Source: Escherichia coli
GTDB taxonomy: Bacteria; Pseudomonadota; Gammaproteobacteria; Enterobacterales; Enterobacteriaceae
NCBI RefSeq assembly: GCF_045037415.1
Contig: NZ_CP173438.1
Length of the DNA: 64,000 nt
Direction: 5' to 3' (one strand)
Positions 31,594 through 42,484 of this stretch are shown here, in pieces. The position numbers and the translations under genes were made by a program. Every line of letters begins with the position of its first letter. Position 1 is the first letter of the stretch. The notes beneath the pieces are model-generated. The model was not told where the DNA came from. It saw nothing but the letters and a program-made list of their open reading frames with translations, and made no database searches.

Positions 31594-32193
31594 ATGTCAA
31601 ACATGCGCACACCGTCCCGCTATATTTTCCGCTTACCATCACATGAAATTAATCCTTTTCGGGCAACGCTCTTGCTGATTTTGTTGATATGTGCCGTTCT
31701 GGCTGGCGTAAGTTGGCTGATTCTGTCCTTCGTACGTACAGGCAATACATTCATCTTCTGGTTAACACTTTTTATTGGGTATCTGATAGCCATTGCGAAG
31801 CAGGAAAAAATCAAGCTCATCGAGAAGCGCCAGATTATGGCTGATAAACGTCAGGGACTTTCCATTTGTCAGTTCGCACGCCAATTTTCCCCCCACACCG
31901 TAGATACATGGGTGATTCGGGCTGTGTGGAATACCTTACAAGGAAACGGCTATATCGATTATCCATTACCACTGAAAGCCAGTGATAAACTGGACGATGA
32001 TCTGGATTTAGTAAACGATGCAGACGAGTTAGAAGAGCTGGTCGAAGATATTGCCGCTCGTTGTGGGCGCGATCTACGCGGAATAGAAGATAATCCGTTT
32101 CTTCCCATCACCACGGTAGGTTCTCTTGTAAGTGTATTAAACGCACAACCGATGACCCAAGAGCGACGTAGCCTGTTGTTTACTCGGTCATAA
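31594..32193 (+). CDS. Hypothetical two-TM membrane protein with acidic C-terminal domain
   Basis: 199-aa ORF in a 640-bp region between hemY and the GlmZ 3' end; AAGGA 9 nt upstream of the second ATG (31603); two hydrophobic helices then DDDLDLVNDADELEELVED. No family recognised. Confidence 0.45.
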   Translation: MSNMRTPSRYIFRLPSHEINPFRATLLLILLICAVLAGVSWLILSFVRTGNTFIFWLTLFIGYLIAIAKQEKIKLIEKRQIMADKRQGLSICQFARQFSPHTVDTWVIRAVWNTLQGNGYIDYPLPLKASDKLDDDLDLVNDADELEELVEDIAARCGRDLRGIEDNPFLPITTVGSLVSVLNAQPMTQERRSLLFTRS

Positions 32194-32398
32194 AAAAACG
32201 CCTGCTCTTATTACGGAGCAGGCGTTAAAACAGGTCTGTATGACAACAAGTGGGTGCTTCACTCAACGTTGTGTCCATGGTGTCTGATGAGGCAGAAGCG
32301 ACATCTGTCAGTGGACGATAAGCACCGTAAACGGCTCTGCGTCATTCCGGAGTTTATGAGGCACTAAGGCGAACATAAGAGATGGAATGAGCATCTAC
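32193..32398 (-). ncRNA. glmZ: GlmZ small regulatory RNA (activator of glmS translation)
   Basis: Minus-strand sequence from 32398 reads GTAGATGCTCATTCCATCTCTTATGTTCGCCTTAGTGCCTCATAAACTCCGGAATGAC and ends with hairpin AACGCCTGCTC-CGTAATAAGA-GCAGGCGTT plus TTTTTTT; matches my memory of E. coli GlmZ, located between hemY and aslA. Confidence 0.85.
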
Positions 32399-32822
32399 TC
32401 GTTTATTATGCCACAGAGAACCGGGAAATAACATCCCTTAACACTTGTTATGAGATAATTCTGTAATCCTCTTTGCTTCCTGAGTAATAACTTCCTGAGT
32501 GAATATTTCTCCTGCGCACAATTCTACACATATATATAATGAATAATAAAAGTCATTCAATTAATAACATATATATTAATTGCAGATAAAACTAAAAACA
32601 GCATCAATAATCAACGCGATATAACATCACCGCCTTACATATCACCTGCGCCAGAGGTAGGATTGAAAACGCTCTCCTGATTTTCCAATTCATTTTCTGG
32701 ATAAATAAATAATTTATTTTTATCACCATTATTTATGCAATCATCCTGTCAGGGAGAGGGATCTCAATTATCAATGCTTAATTACGTCATCATTTTGACG
32801 ACATGAAACCGGAGCATTTTGC

Positions 32823-34478
32823 ATGGAATTTTCGTTTTCACCCAAACTTCTTGTTGTTGCTGTCGCCGCAGCTCTTCCTCTCATAGCCAGCGCAGCAGAT
32901 ACCCCGTCAACCGCCACCGCACGCAAAGGCTTTGCCGGATACGATCACCCAAACCAGTATCTGGTTAAACCGGCGACCACTATTGCCGACAACATGATGC
33001 CGGTGATGCAGCATCCTGCACAAGACAAAGAAACCCAGCAGAAACTGGCGGAACTTGAGAAAAAAACCGGTAAGAAACCGAACGTGGTTGTTTTCTTGCT
33101 GGATGATGTGGGCTGGATGGACGTTGGCTTTAACGGCGGCGGCGTGGCGGTGGGTAACCCTACACCAGATATCGACGCCGTTGCCAGCCAGGGGCTGATT
33201 TTAACTTCGGCGTATTCTCAACCGAGTTCTTCCCCAACCCGCGCCACGATTCTCACCGGACAATACTCCATCCACCACGGCATTCTGATGCCGCCAATGT
33301 ACGGGCAACCGGGCGGTCTGCAAGGGTTAACCACGCTGCCACAGTTGCTGCACGATCAGGGCTACGTCACCCAGGCTATCGGGAAATGGCATATGGGGGA
33401 AAACAAAGAGTCGCAGCCGCAGAACGTTGGCTTTGATGATTTCCGCGGCTTTAACTCGGTATCTGATATGTATACCGAATGGCGTGATGTTCATGTCAAC
33501 CCGGAAGTCGCCCTGAGCCCGGATCGTTCTGAATACATCCAAAAACTGCCGTTTAGCAAAGATGACGTTCATGCCGTGCGCGGCGGTGAACAGGAAGCCA
33601 TTGCCGACATTACGCCGAAATATATGGAAGATCTGGATCAACGCTGGATGGAATATGGCGTTAAGTTCCTCGACAAGATGGCGAAGAGTGATAAGCCTTT
33701 CTTCCTCTATTACGGCACTCGCGGCTGTCACTTCGATAACTACCCGAACGCCAAATATGCGGGTAGCTCTCCGGCGCGCACCTCTTACGGCGACTGCATG
33801 GTGGAGATGAACGATATCTTCGCCAATCTGTATAAAGCACTGGAGAAAAACGGTCAGCTTGATAACACGCTGATTGTGTTCACCTCTGATAACGGTCCGG
33901 AAGCCGAAGTTCCGCCGCACGGTCGCACGCCGTTCCGCGGTGCGAAAGGTTCTACATGGGAAGGCGGCGTTCGTGTGCCAACCTTCGTTTACTGGAAAGG
34001 CATGATCCAACCGCGTAAATCTGACGGCATTGTCGATCTGGCGGATCTCTTCCCTACGGCGCTGGATCTGGCGGGGCATCCTGGGGCGAAAGTAGCGAAT
34101 TTAGTACCGAAAACCACCTTTATCGATGGTGTGGACCAGACATCTTTCTTCCTGGGAACAAATGGTCAGTCTAACCGTAAGGCCGAGCATTACTTCCTCA
34201 ACGGTAAACTTTCTGCTGTGCGTATGGATGAGTTCAAGTATCACGTCCTGATTCAGCAACCTTACGCTTATACCCAGAGCGGATATCAGGGTGGATTCAC
34301 CGGCACAGTAATGCAAACGGCGGGATCGTCGGTGTTTAACCTGTACACCGATCCGCAGGAAAGCGACTCTATCGGCGTGCGCCATATCCCAATGGGTGTA
34401 CCGCTACAGACCGAAATGCATGCGTATATGGAGATCCTGAAAAAATATCCACCACGCGCGCAGATTAAATCTGATTAA
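32823..34478 (+). CDS. aslA: Arylsulfatase-family protein
   Basis: 551-aa ORF with signal peptide and sulfatase signature region ([20 protein letters not shown]). Confidence 0.9.
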   Translation: MEFSFSPKLLVVAVAAALPLIASAADTPSTATARKGFAGYDHPNQYLVKPATTIADNMMPVMQHPAQDKETQQKLAELEKKTGKKPNVVVFLLDDVGWMDVGFNGGGVAVGNPTPDIDAVASQGLILTSAYSQPSSSPTRATILTGQYSIHHGILMPPMYGQPGGLQGLTTLPQLLHDQGYVTQAIGKWHMGENKESQPQNVGFDDFRGFNSVSDMYTEWRDVHVNPEVALSPDRSEYIQKLPFSKDDVHAVRGGEQEAIADITPKYMEDLDQRWMEYGVKFLDKMAKSDKPFFLYYGTRGCHFDNYPNAKYAGSSPARTSYGDCMVEMNDIFANLYKALEKNGQLDNTLIVFTSDNGPEAEVPPHGRTPFRGAKGSTWEGGVRVPTFVYWKGMIQPRKSDGIVDLADLFPTALDLAGHPGAKVANLVPKTTFIDGVDQTSFFLGTNGQSNRKAEHYFLNGKLSAVRMDEFKYHVLIQQPYAYTQSGYQGGFTGTVMQTAGSSVFNLYTDPQESDSIGVRHIPMGVPLQTEMHAYMEILKKYPPRAQIKSD

Positions 34479-34506
34479 GCCGGCGCTATCGCTGAGATCT
34501 ACCTTT

Positions 34507-34533
34507 GCCGGATGCGATGCTGACGCATCCGAC
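34507..34533. repeat. REP-type element between convergent aslA and aslB
   Basis: GCCGGATGCGATGCTGACGCATCCGAC imperfect palindrome with GCCGGATG core. Confidence 0.6.
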
Positions 34534-34568
34534 AATCAACCGCAGGCGGCCACAAAATGGCTGCTTTT

Positions 34569-35804
34569 TTACTTATTCACCACCAGCAAATGCGCCTGCA
34601 TAATGTCGCTGGCCGGACGACCGTGCGCCAGCAAATCAACCATTGCTTTAAGATATGGCGGTAGATGGCGGAAATAACGCTGATACCCGGCACACAAATA
34701 ATTCAGCTCGGGTTTGCCGCTGGCATCGAGCATAAAGCGGTGTTTCGGGCAGCCTCCCCAGCACGCTTTTAACACGTTGCAACTGCGACACTGTGCCGGT
34801 AACTGCTTGAATTTATCTTCACCAAATGCCTGCTGTTGCGGGGAATCAATCATTTCTGCAATCATCTGCTGAAGCATATTCCCTAGTCGATACTGCGGAT
34901 AAACATAGTGATCGCAGGCATAAACGTCACCGTTGTGCTCAACAATCACCGAGCGCCCACAGGTTGGCTGATGATGGCAAACCGCGCCCGGTGCGCCGAC
35001 AAAATTGGCGAACGCCCATTCGATATTCATTACGAAAATCTTGCCGACGTCGCGCTTAATCCAGTGGTCGAAAATCGCCACCAGAAACTCACCGAACTCT
35101 TGCGGGCACACCGACCATTCCGTCAGTTCGCCCTGAATATCGCCGGGAGCATGTAGCTTAAGTCCAGCATGAGCAGCCGTTTCATTAGCCAGGCGCTCGA
35201 CCACCGGAATAAACTGGATGAACTCAACACCTGCATCACACAGAAAATCATAGACTTGCAAAGGTTGTAACGCACTGGTGCGATTGACGCAGACCAGCAC
35301 GTTATAGTCGACATGATGTTTTTGCAGGAGCGTCAGGGCACGCATCACCAGCTTATGCGTGGGTCTGCCACCTTTGGTCACGCGATATTGATTGTGGATC
35401 TCAGCCGGACCATCCAGCGATAACCCTACAAGAAAATGATTTTCTGCCAGAAATCCACACCATTCGTCATCGAGCAGCACGCCGTTAGTCTGGAAGCTAT
35501 TACTTATCTTCCTGCCAGCACCATATTTCGCCTGTAGCGCCACGGCACGGCGGTAAAACTCCAGCCCGAGTAACGTTGGTTCGCCGCCCTGCCAGGTAAA
35601 AGCCACTTCGTTTTGGGTTTCGCTGGCAGCGATATAGTGACGGACATACGCTTCCAGCGTGTCATCGTCCATATGCGTGACTGGCTTTTCGTGGTAAAGG
35701 GATTGTTTTTCGAGATAAAAACAGTAGTCACAGTTCAGATTACAATCAGAACCGCTCGGTTTCGCCATCACATGAAAAGCACGCGTTGGAACCTGTTGCT
35801 GCAT
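34569..35804 (-). CDS. aslB: Anaerobic sulfatase-maturating enzyme homologue (radical SAM)
   Basis: ORF 34569..35834; start at MLQQ-equivalent internal Met (MQQQVPTRAFHVMAKPSGSDCNLNCDYCFY) gives 411 aa; CxxxCxxC radical-SAM motif. Confidence 0.9.
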   Translation of the reverse strand: MQQQVPTRAFHVMAKPSGSDCNLNCDYCFYLEKQSLYHEKPVTHMDDDTLEAYVRHYIAASETQNEVAFTWQGGEPTLLGLEFYRRAVALQAKYGAGRKISNSFQTNGVLLDDEWCGFLAENHFLVGLSLDGPAEIHNQYRVTKGGRPTHKLVMRALTLLQKHHVDYNVLVCVNRTSALQPLQVYDFLCDAGVEFIQFIPVVERLANETAAHAGLKLHAPGDIQGELTEWSVCPQEFGEFLVAIFDHWIKRDVGKIFVMNIEWAFANFVGAPGAVCHHQPTCGRSVIVEHNGDVYACDHYVYPQYRLGNMLQQMIAEMIDSPQQQAFGEDKFKQLPAQCRSCNVLKACWGGCPKHRFMLDASGKPELNYLCAGYQRYFRHLPPYLKAMVDLLAHGRPASDIMQAHLLVVNK

Positions 35805-35918
35805 GGTCGCTCCTTGCCTGAAGTCATCCTTCAATAAGTTAAGGGCGAAATCATACCGTGGCGCAATGCGTTATTACGGGCGTTTATTGCGAAGGGAAAG
35901 TGACGAAATGCACAGAAA

Positions 35919-35944
35919 ACAAAAAACCCCGCCGAAGCGGGGTT
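35919..35944 (-). terminator. Rho-independent terminator of the argX-hisR-leuT-proM tRNA operon
   Basis: Minus-strand AACCCCGCTTCGGCGGGGTTTTTT immediately 3' of tRNA-Pro. Confidence 0.75.
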
Positions 35945-35950
35945 CAAAAT

Positions 35951-36027
35951 TGGTCGGCGAGAGAGGATTCGAACCTCCGACCCACTGGTCCCAAACCAGT
36001 TGCGCTACCAAGCTGCGCTACTCGCCG
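35951..36027 (-). tRNA. proM: tRNA-Pro (CGG)
   Basis: Reverse complement reads CGGCGAGTAGCGCAGCTTGGTAGCGCAACTGGTTTGGGACCAGTGGGTCGGAGGTTCGAATCCTCTCTCGCCGACCA. Confidence 0.95.
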
Positions 36028-36069
36028 AAATACTGCTTTTTGAATTTTTAGTTCAATTCTTTAAAGTCG

Positions 36070-36155
36070 TGGTGCGAGGGGGGGACTTGAACCCCCACGT
36101 CCGTAAGGACACTAACACCTGAAGCTAGCGCGTCTACCAATTCCGCCACCTTCGC
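36070..36155 (-). tRNA. leuT: tRNA-Leu (CAG)
   Basis: Reverse complement reads GCGAAGGTGGCGGAATTGGTAGACGCGCTAGCTTCAGGTGTTAGTGTCCTTACGGACGTGGGGGTTCAAGTCCCCCCCTCGCACCA (long variable arm). Confidence 0.93.
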
Positions 36156-36175
36156 ATTGTCACAACTTCTAATAA

Positions 36176-36252
36176 TGGGGTGGCTAATGGGATTCGAACC
36201 CACGACAACTGGAATCACAATCCAGGGCTCTACCAACTGAGCTATAGCCACC
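36176..36252 (-). tRNA. hisR: tRNA-His (GUG)
   Basis: Reverse complement reads GGTGGCTATAGCTCAGTTGGTAGAGCCCTGGATTGTGATTCCAGTTGTCGTGGGTTCGAATCCCATTAGCCACCCCA, including the extra 5' G. Confidence 0.95.
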
Positions 36253-36309
36253 ACTACAAATCTTGTTACGCGGTATTACTACCACCGCAGCTCAAGCGCC
36301 GGGACTAAA

Positions 36310-36386
<77 letters not shown>

Positions 36387-36488
36387 TTAGCGCCGTTGCG
36401 GGGGTGGATAATACGGACTTCCCACCCCTCTGTCTAGTCCCTTTTTAAATAAATTGCGCGTTTGGTTACGGTTTGTGCGTTTTGCTGC

Positions 36489-37874
36489 TTATTCCTCCAG
36501 TTTATGCGCTTTACCGTGGCGATTAAGCCCAAAAACTTTATAAATCGCCGTCACCGTCAGCATAAAGATGATGCCGACAAACAGCGACATACGCGTATCT
36601 TCATTAAAGTACATGCCGATCAAAACGCAAATCAGGAATGCCATTGTTACGTAGTTGGCCCAAGGGAACAGGATTGAGCGGAACGGATGGCTGGCAATTG
36701 CCGCTTTATGCGCACGACGAAAACGCAGCTGGCTAATCAATATCACAAACCATGGCACCATCCCCGGAAGCACGCTGGCACTGTAGACATAGACAAACAC
36801 ACGCTGCGGATTGGGAATGATGTAGTTCAGGCATGAGCCAATTAGCAGAATAGCAATAGATACCGCCACACCCGCAACCGGTACGCCGTGACGGGAAACT
36901 TTCGCCATCGCCGCCGGTAACTGACGGTTTTTCGCCAGTGCATAGAGCATACGTCCGCAACTGTACATGCCACTGTTACAGCCAGAAAGCGCTGCCGTCA
37001 GCACCACAAAGTTAATAATGCCCGCCGCAGCGGTAATGCCGATTTTGGCGAAAGTCAGTACGAACGGGCTGCCGTTGCTGCCTATTTCATTCCACGGGAA
37101 GATGGTAACGATAACGAAAATCGCGCCTACGTAGAAAATCAGGATTCGCCACAGCACCTTGCCTACAGCGCTACGCAGCGTCACCTGCGGATTCTTCGCT
37201 TCACCGGCAGTAATGCCAATCAGCTCCACGCCCTGGTAGGACGCCACCACAATACACAATGCGGTCAGGAACCCTTTCCAGCCACCCGCAAAGAAACCGC
37301 CATGCTCTGTGAGATTGCTAAAACCAATCGACTGCCCGCCATTGCCAAAGCCAAAGAAAATCACGCCCAGGCCAATGACAATCATCACGATAATCGTGGT
37401 GACTTTGATCATCGCGAACCAGAACTCGATTTCGCCGTACAACCTCACCGCAGCCAGATTCGCCAACGCCACCAGCGCCACCGCGATCAATGCGGGTATC
37501 CACTGCGCCATCTCCGGGAACCAGAACTGGACATAAACGCCAATGGCGGTGATTTCTGAGATCCCCACCGCCATCCACATAAACCAGTAAGACCAGGCGG
37601 TGAGATAGCCAAAGAACGGGCTCATATAACGATGCGCGTAAACGGCGAACGAACCGGTAACCGGTTCGAGGAACAACATTTCGCCCATTGAACGCATGAT
37701 GAAAAAGACGAACAGCCCGGCGATGATATAGGCCAACAATACGGATGGCCCGGCCCATTTCAGGGTACTGGCGGCCCCCATAAACAGGCCGACGCCAATG
37801 GTGCCCCCCAGGGCGATGAGTTCGATATGTCGAGCTTCCAGCCCACGCTGTAGCTCTGGTTTGTTATCTGCCAT
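36489..37874 (-). CDS. yifK: APC-family amino acid permease
   Basis: 461-aa 12-[41 protein letters not shown]... Confidence 0.9.
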   Translation of the reverse strand: MADNKPELQRGLEARHIELIALGGTIGVGLFMGAASTLKWAGPSVLLAYIIAGLFVFFIMRSMGEMLFLEPVTGSFAVYAHRYMSPFFGYLTAWSYWFMWMAVGISEITAIGVYVQFWFPEMAQWIPALIAVALVALANLAAVRLYGEIEFWFAMIKVTTIIVMIVIGLGVIFFGFGNGGQSIGFSNLTEHGGFFAGGWKGFLTALCIVVASYQGVELIGITAGEAKNPQVTLRSAVGKVLWRILIFYVGAIFVIVTIFPWNEIGSNGSPFVLTFAKIGITAAAGIINFVVLTAALSGCNSGMYSCGRMLYALAKNRQLPAAMAKVSRHGVPVAGVAVSIAILLIGSCLNYIIPNPQRVFVYVYSASVLPGMVPWFVILISQLRFRRAHKAAIASHPFRSILFPWANYVTMAFLICVLIGMYFNEDTRMSLFVGIIFMLTVTAIYKVFGLNRHGKAHKLEE

Positions 37875-38008
37875 AAATCCTCGTGTTGTGTTTGCATGCT
37901 TTCCGGTGTTACCGGTTATCGTTATGGGTACATCGAGTGTTGCGAATGTTTTCGTAATTCAGGAGAAATGGCAAATAAAGCATTAAAAATTTGAATGCTT
38001 TGTGTAAT

Positions 38009-38046
38009 AAAAAAGCAGACAGGCGACGGAGTGACCACTTCGTCGC
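38009..38046 (-). terminator. Probable terminator at the end of the wec/rff operon
   Basis: Imperfect hairpin GCGACGAAGTGG...TCCGTCGC, followed on the minus strand by CTGTCTGCTTTTTT. Confidence 0.45.
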
Positions 38047-38064
38047 TTTACAAAGAGAGGAAAA

Positions 38065-38805
38065 TCAGAGGTTGCCGGTATAGTGCCAGCGTAAATAACG
38101 CAGCAAACGAAGCTGACGCTTAATGCGGCTCGGCTGCGAAAGCAGGCGGTAGAGCCACTCCAGCCCCAGCGTTTGCCAGATTTTCGGTGCGCGTTTTACG
38201 TGACCGGTGAAAACATCGTAGGTCCCGCCAACGCCCATATACAGCGCATCTGGATGCACCAGACGGCAGTCGCGCATGAAGATCTCCTGCTTTGGCGATC
38301 CCATCGCAACGGTGACGATTTGCGCTCCGCTGGCATGAATGCGTTCAAACAGCGCCTGACGCTGCTCGGGTTTAAAATAACCATCCTGGCTGCCAACGAT
38401 ATTCACATTCCACTGGTTGCGCAGTTTAGCTTCAGTTTGCGCCAGCACTTCAGGTTTACCGCCCACAAGAAATACCGGTGTCCCTTCTTTGCCTGCGCGC
38501 GCCATCAGCTCTTCCCAGAGATCGGCCCCAGCAACGCGGGAAACCTGCGCCTGCGGGTACTTTTTACGTACTGAACGTACAACGCTTATGCCATCCGCAT
38601 ATTTAAATTCGGCAGCGTTAATTAGCTCCCGGACCTCGGCGTTATCTTCAATGGTCAGCATTTTTTCGGCATTAATGGCAACCAGCGTTCCTTGCTTAAG
38701 CTGCCCGTCAGCGAACAGATAATCGAGGGCGTGCTGCATATCACGCCAACCAATCAACTGTAAGCCACGCAGCGTATAGGTCGGTGCCGTGGTGTTGTTA
38801 TTCAT
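38065..38805 (-). CDS. wecG: UDP-N-acetyl-D-mannosaminuronic acid transferase (ECA biosynthesis)
   Basis: 246-aa ORF; last gene of the ECA cluster; WecB/TagA/CpsF-type transferase. Confidence 0.9.
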
Positions 38806-38807
38806 TA

Positions 38808-40160
38808 TTATCCTTCAACCTGCGTCCGGAGCGATGATTTTGTTCGTTTATGAATGAGTCCGGCGCTTTCAAAAAGCCAGTACAACAGTTTTGCGATCAT
38901 CAGACATGCGCCGAAGACCACGATAAAAAAGACCACGCGTGAGACAAACGAATCCAGCCCTTCACGCGCCAGCACGATCATATTGAAGATCGCCCCGAAG
39001 CAGAAACTGTGCAATATCGCAGCCTTATAGCGATTAGTCTCGCGGTTGCCCAGCTCATACAGCCAGTCGAACCATTTGATGATCAGTCCAACAACAATCG
39101 CCCCGAGCGGGATGAACAACGCGCCGCCCATCACCACCAGTGAGCCTATAAGCGTAGGCGAGATCGCCAGTCCGGAGTGGTTATTCAGCACTTCCCAGGT
39201 AAAGTAGTTGGCGGAGTTCAGCACCATACTCGGGCGACCCGGCCACAGCCAGGAAGGGATAAAGACATAGAAATCGCGGACAATTGGAGCCAGGCCCTGG
39301 AAGTCGATGTTGTCGTAGTTCTGCAACAGCAACGCCAGATTCTCCCACGGTGAAAAGGTGTCGCGAGTGAGATAGAGAAACGTATAGAACGCTTCATCGC
39401 CGCTCACATTCATTCCATAGCGTTTTAACGCCAGCCAGAACATGCCCACAATCCCCAGCACGCCCGCCGCCGCCAGCATCCACAACGAAATCCAGCCGCG
39501 AATAATGCCAATAAACAGGAAGATAGCGAATGCGATGATGATATTGGCGCGAGTGCCGCCGACAATCATATAAGTCAGCAAGCCAAAAGCGACCGTGCTG
39601 ACGAGGAAAAACAGCCACGCTTTGCTGTCCTGGCGCAGAAAGTAGACCACCAGCATCGCCGGGATGAAAAAGTAAAAGAAGCGTTTTAACGCCACGCCGG
39701 AGACTTCACTGGAGAAGATCTGACTGTAGGAGTTAAGCCGGAACAGCAAAAAGCCGTTGTGCATGAAGAAGATGCCGACGCTTACCAGCGCGATGCCCAT
39801 CAGGATCACCCACGTGAGATTGGTTTCCACGCGGTTCATGGTAAACAGCGGACGGCGCGGTACATCAGCAACGCGTTTGCGTAGGCGGGTTTTGTAGGTG
39901 ACGTAGTAAACCGCGTAGAAGCAGCCCGCAGAAAGCAACGCCTGCAACAAGATTTCTGGCGGCGCGGCACCAACATCAAAGCGAAAAACCAGCACGCTGG
40001 TCAGCGGGAAGCCGAAGAAAAAGGTGAGCAAAAACAGCAATGAAAAGAAGACATTGAAGTTAAAGCGCACACGGCGAAACTCAAACCAGGTCAGCGTGGC
40101 AATAAACAGCGTGCAGAGCAGCCAGACAACAAACAGGCCACTGAATTGCAGCAGACTCAT
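38808..40160 (-). CDS. wzyE: ECA polysaccharide polymerase
   Basis: 450-aa polytopic membrane ORF in ECA cluster position. Confidence 0.9.
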
Positions 40161-41236
40161 GCGACCTCCCCGGCGGCAATCGCCAACGCCCGCTGCCAGC
40201 CTTGCAGATAGTTCGGGCTAAAGAAGGCAATGGTGTTTTTATCCACCGACACCAACTGGCGCTGCGCTTCACGCACAATATCCTCGTTGAGATCGTCGGT
40301 AGTAAACAGCACCGGCAAATGCTGTTCCGTCATATCCTGCCAGAACGGATTTTCCCGGTTAAGCACACAAGGAATGCCCGCCTGAATCAGTAAGCACAGC
40401 GTACCAATGCCCTGCTGGCGGGCAAAAATAAAGTAACCAAGATCGCACTGACGAAGTAGCGCCAGATAGGCGTCAAATTCCAGTTTTTCGCTCAGAGTTT
40501 GTAGATTTTCTTCGCTGAATAACTCCAGCCCCGCCTGACGAACTTCCTCGATGTACGCTTCGTTATTAGGCGGATATCCCATCGGCACCACCACTTTTAC
40601 CGTATCGCCAAATTGCTGATAAACGGCGCGCAAGGCAGCAATATGTTCATTGCTGCGGTCACCGGAGTTCCCCACCAGAATGGTCATTTTCCCTTCACGT
40701 TGCCGATCATTCGCCATCATATTGAGTGAAGGGTCCATCCGCGTCGGGAAGTACAGCAGTTCTCCCCGCACCTTTGGATGCGTTTTGGCAAAAAAGCTCA
40801 AATCACCGCGGGTGGCAAATACACAGCCGACTCTCTTTTGCGCCAGGCGACGTAGCGGGTAAAAAAGCTTATATCTCAAGCCACTGGAAAGCTCGTACAG
40901 GTCTGCCCCCCAGATATGCCAGTAAAACTGGCTGGGCTTAATGCCACCACTCAGCAGAGCCAGCCACAGTGTGGGATTGAACTGACCGTGGAAGAAAAAA
41001 CGCTGCTGACGGTTAGCTTTTGCTTTCGCGATGACCGCTTCCGCCAGCGATTTTTTCCCAGGGAAAAATTGCACAGAAAGCGCCGGACAGCTATCACTTA
41101 AGCCGTCGTCCTTGCCAACAACCATAAACTCGCGCGCGTGCTCGCTCGTCGCGGCCAGCGCGTCATTGAAAAACCGCAAAACGGTTCGGTTATGGTGAGG
41201 GATATCCGATCCCAGTACGTGAATCAGTACAGTCAT
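40157..41236 (-). CDS. wecF: TDP-Fuc4NAc:lipid II Fuc4NAc transferase
   Basis: 359-aa ORF; 4-bp overlaps with neighbours. Confidence 0.9.
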   Translation of the reverse strand: MTVLIHVLGSDIPHHNRTVLRFFNDALAATSEHAREFMVVGKDDGLSDSCPALSVQFFPGKKSLAEAVIAKAKANRQQRFFFHGQFNPTLWLALLSGGIKPSQFYWHIWGADLYELSSGLRYKLFYPLRRLAQKRVGCVFATRGDLSFFAKTHPKVRGELLYFPTRMDPSLNMMANDRQREGKMTILVGNSGDRSNEHIAALRAVYQQFGDTVKVVVPMGYPPNNEAYIEEVRQAGLELFSEENLQTLSEKLEFDAYLALLRQCDLGYFIFARQQGIGTLCLLIQAGIPCVLNRENPFWQDMTEQHLPVLFTTDDLNEDIVREAQRQLVSVDKNTIAFFSPNYLQGWQRALAIAAGEVA

Positions 41237-42483
41237 GCCCGCCTACGCCAGAGTAAAAACACGCCACAACAAAGAGAAAAATAGACGATATAGGTTGCCA
41301 TATAGGCCTGCGCCGCGCCCAGTGCACCATGCGCAGGGATTAGCCAGTGGGCAAATACCATCAATAAAGTGAACTGGCTGACTTCCGCCAGAATATAAAA
41401 CCGCAGTGACGCTTTGGCGATCACCAGATAACCAAAGACATAAGCGCCCACTTTTAACACATCACCCACCAACTGCCAGGCAAAGAGATCGCGCATAGCG
41501 GTAAATTTATTCGACAACAGCAGCCAGATAGCAAAATCACGCAGCAACCAGACGGTAAAACTCGCCGCCGCCACTGCCGGCAAGACGAATTTAAGCGATT
41601 TAACCACTTCCCGGGTGATATCGCGCTTTTCCGTTAGCCGCGACAACGTGGGCAGCAAATATACGCTGAACGATGCCGTAATAAATTGCAGGTAGGCATC
41701 GGAAATACTGCTCACCCCTTGCCAGATCCCCACCTCATCCCAGCTATACTGCGCCGCCAGCAGTTTACGCATCATGATGTAAGCAACAGGCAAGGTCACC
41801 GACGTAATCAACGCCATGAGCGTAAATTTGCTCAACTGCCCTGCCAGACCGTTATCCCAGCTGGGTTTCAGATAGCTTAACGGGATGACACCACGTTTGA
41901 TCAACATGATGGCGGCAGGAATTACCACCAGCGCGGGAATCAGCGCCAGACCCAGCAACGCCCCTTCATAACCGCCCAAACGGTAACTGACGTAGTACGC
42001 GAGAACGCCAATCAAGCTGCCAACAATCAGAGATAACGCATTACCTGCGGCATCGCGAAAGCCTTTCATCAGCGCCAGTAACAGGTTGCCCCAGGCGATC
42101 CCCATTTGCACCAGCGCCACTAAACGCACCAGCCCCTGATAGTCGGTATTACCAAACAATCCCTGGCTGATTGGCGCAGCTGCCAGCACAAAAACCAGCG
42201 CCATCAGCGTAGAGAAACCAAGTACCATCGCTGATGAAGTGCCGACCACGCGGCGCAGCTGTTGCGGATTATCATGGTACTGGGCAACGTATTTGGTTAC
42301 ACCGTTAAAGATGCCAGCCCCGGCAAGCACGCCGAGCACGGTAATCAACTGGCGGAAATTTGCCGCCAGCCCAAGCCCCGCCGGACCAAATGACACCGCC
42401 AGCAACTTACCGACTAGTAACCCGGCACCAATCTTGACCAGTGTACTGGCCGCCGTCCACAAGGACGCTTTTGCCAACGACAT
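41233..42483 (-). CDS. wzxE: ECA lipid III flippase
   Basis: 416-aa polytopic membrane ORF (Wzx/MOP family). Confidence 0.9.
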   Translation of the reverse strand: MSLAKASLWTAASTLVKIGAGLLVGKLLAVSFGPAGLGLAANFRQLITVLGVLAGAGIFNGVTKYVAQYHDNPQQLRRVVGTSSAMVLGFSTLMALVFVLAAAPISQGLFGNTDYQGLVRLVALVQMGIAWGNLLLALMKGFRDAAGNALSLIVGSLIGVLAYYVSYRLGGYEGALLGLALIPALVVIPAAIMLIKRGVIPLSYLKPSWDNGLAGQLSKFTLMALITSVTLPVAYIMMRKLLAAQYSWDEVGIWQGVSSISDAYLQFITASFSVYLLPTLSRLTEKRDITREVVKSLKFVLPAVAAASFTVWLLRDFAIWLLLSNKFTAMRDLFAWQLVGDVLKVGAYVFGYLVIAKASLRFYILAEVSQFTLLMVFAHWLIPAHGALGAAQAYMATYIVYFSLCCGVFLLWRRRA

Positions 42484-42484
42484 A

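Noticed and set aside
33327-34079. 250-aa minus-strand ORF inside aslA and similar long antisense ORFs (59065..59988 in ilvC, 61055..61795 in ilvA, 56108..56824 in rep, 46278..47018 in wecC, 42239..43177 across wzxE/wecE)
   Set aside because: All lie opposite strongly supported conserved genes and have Arg/His-rich low-complexity translations typical of antisense frames.
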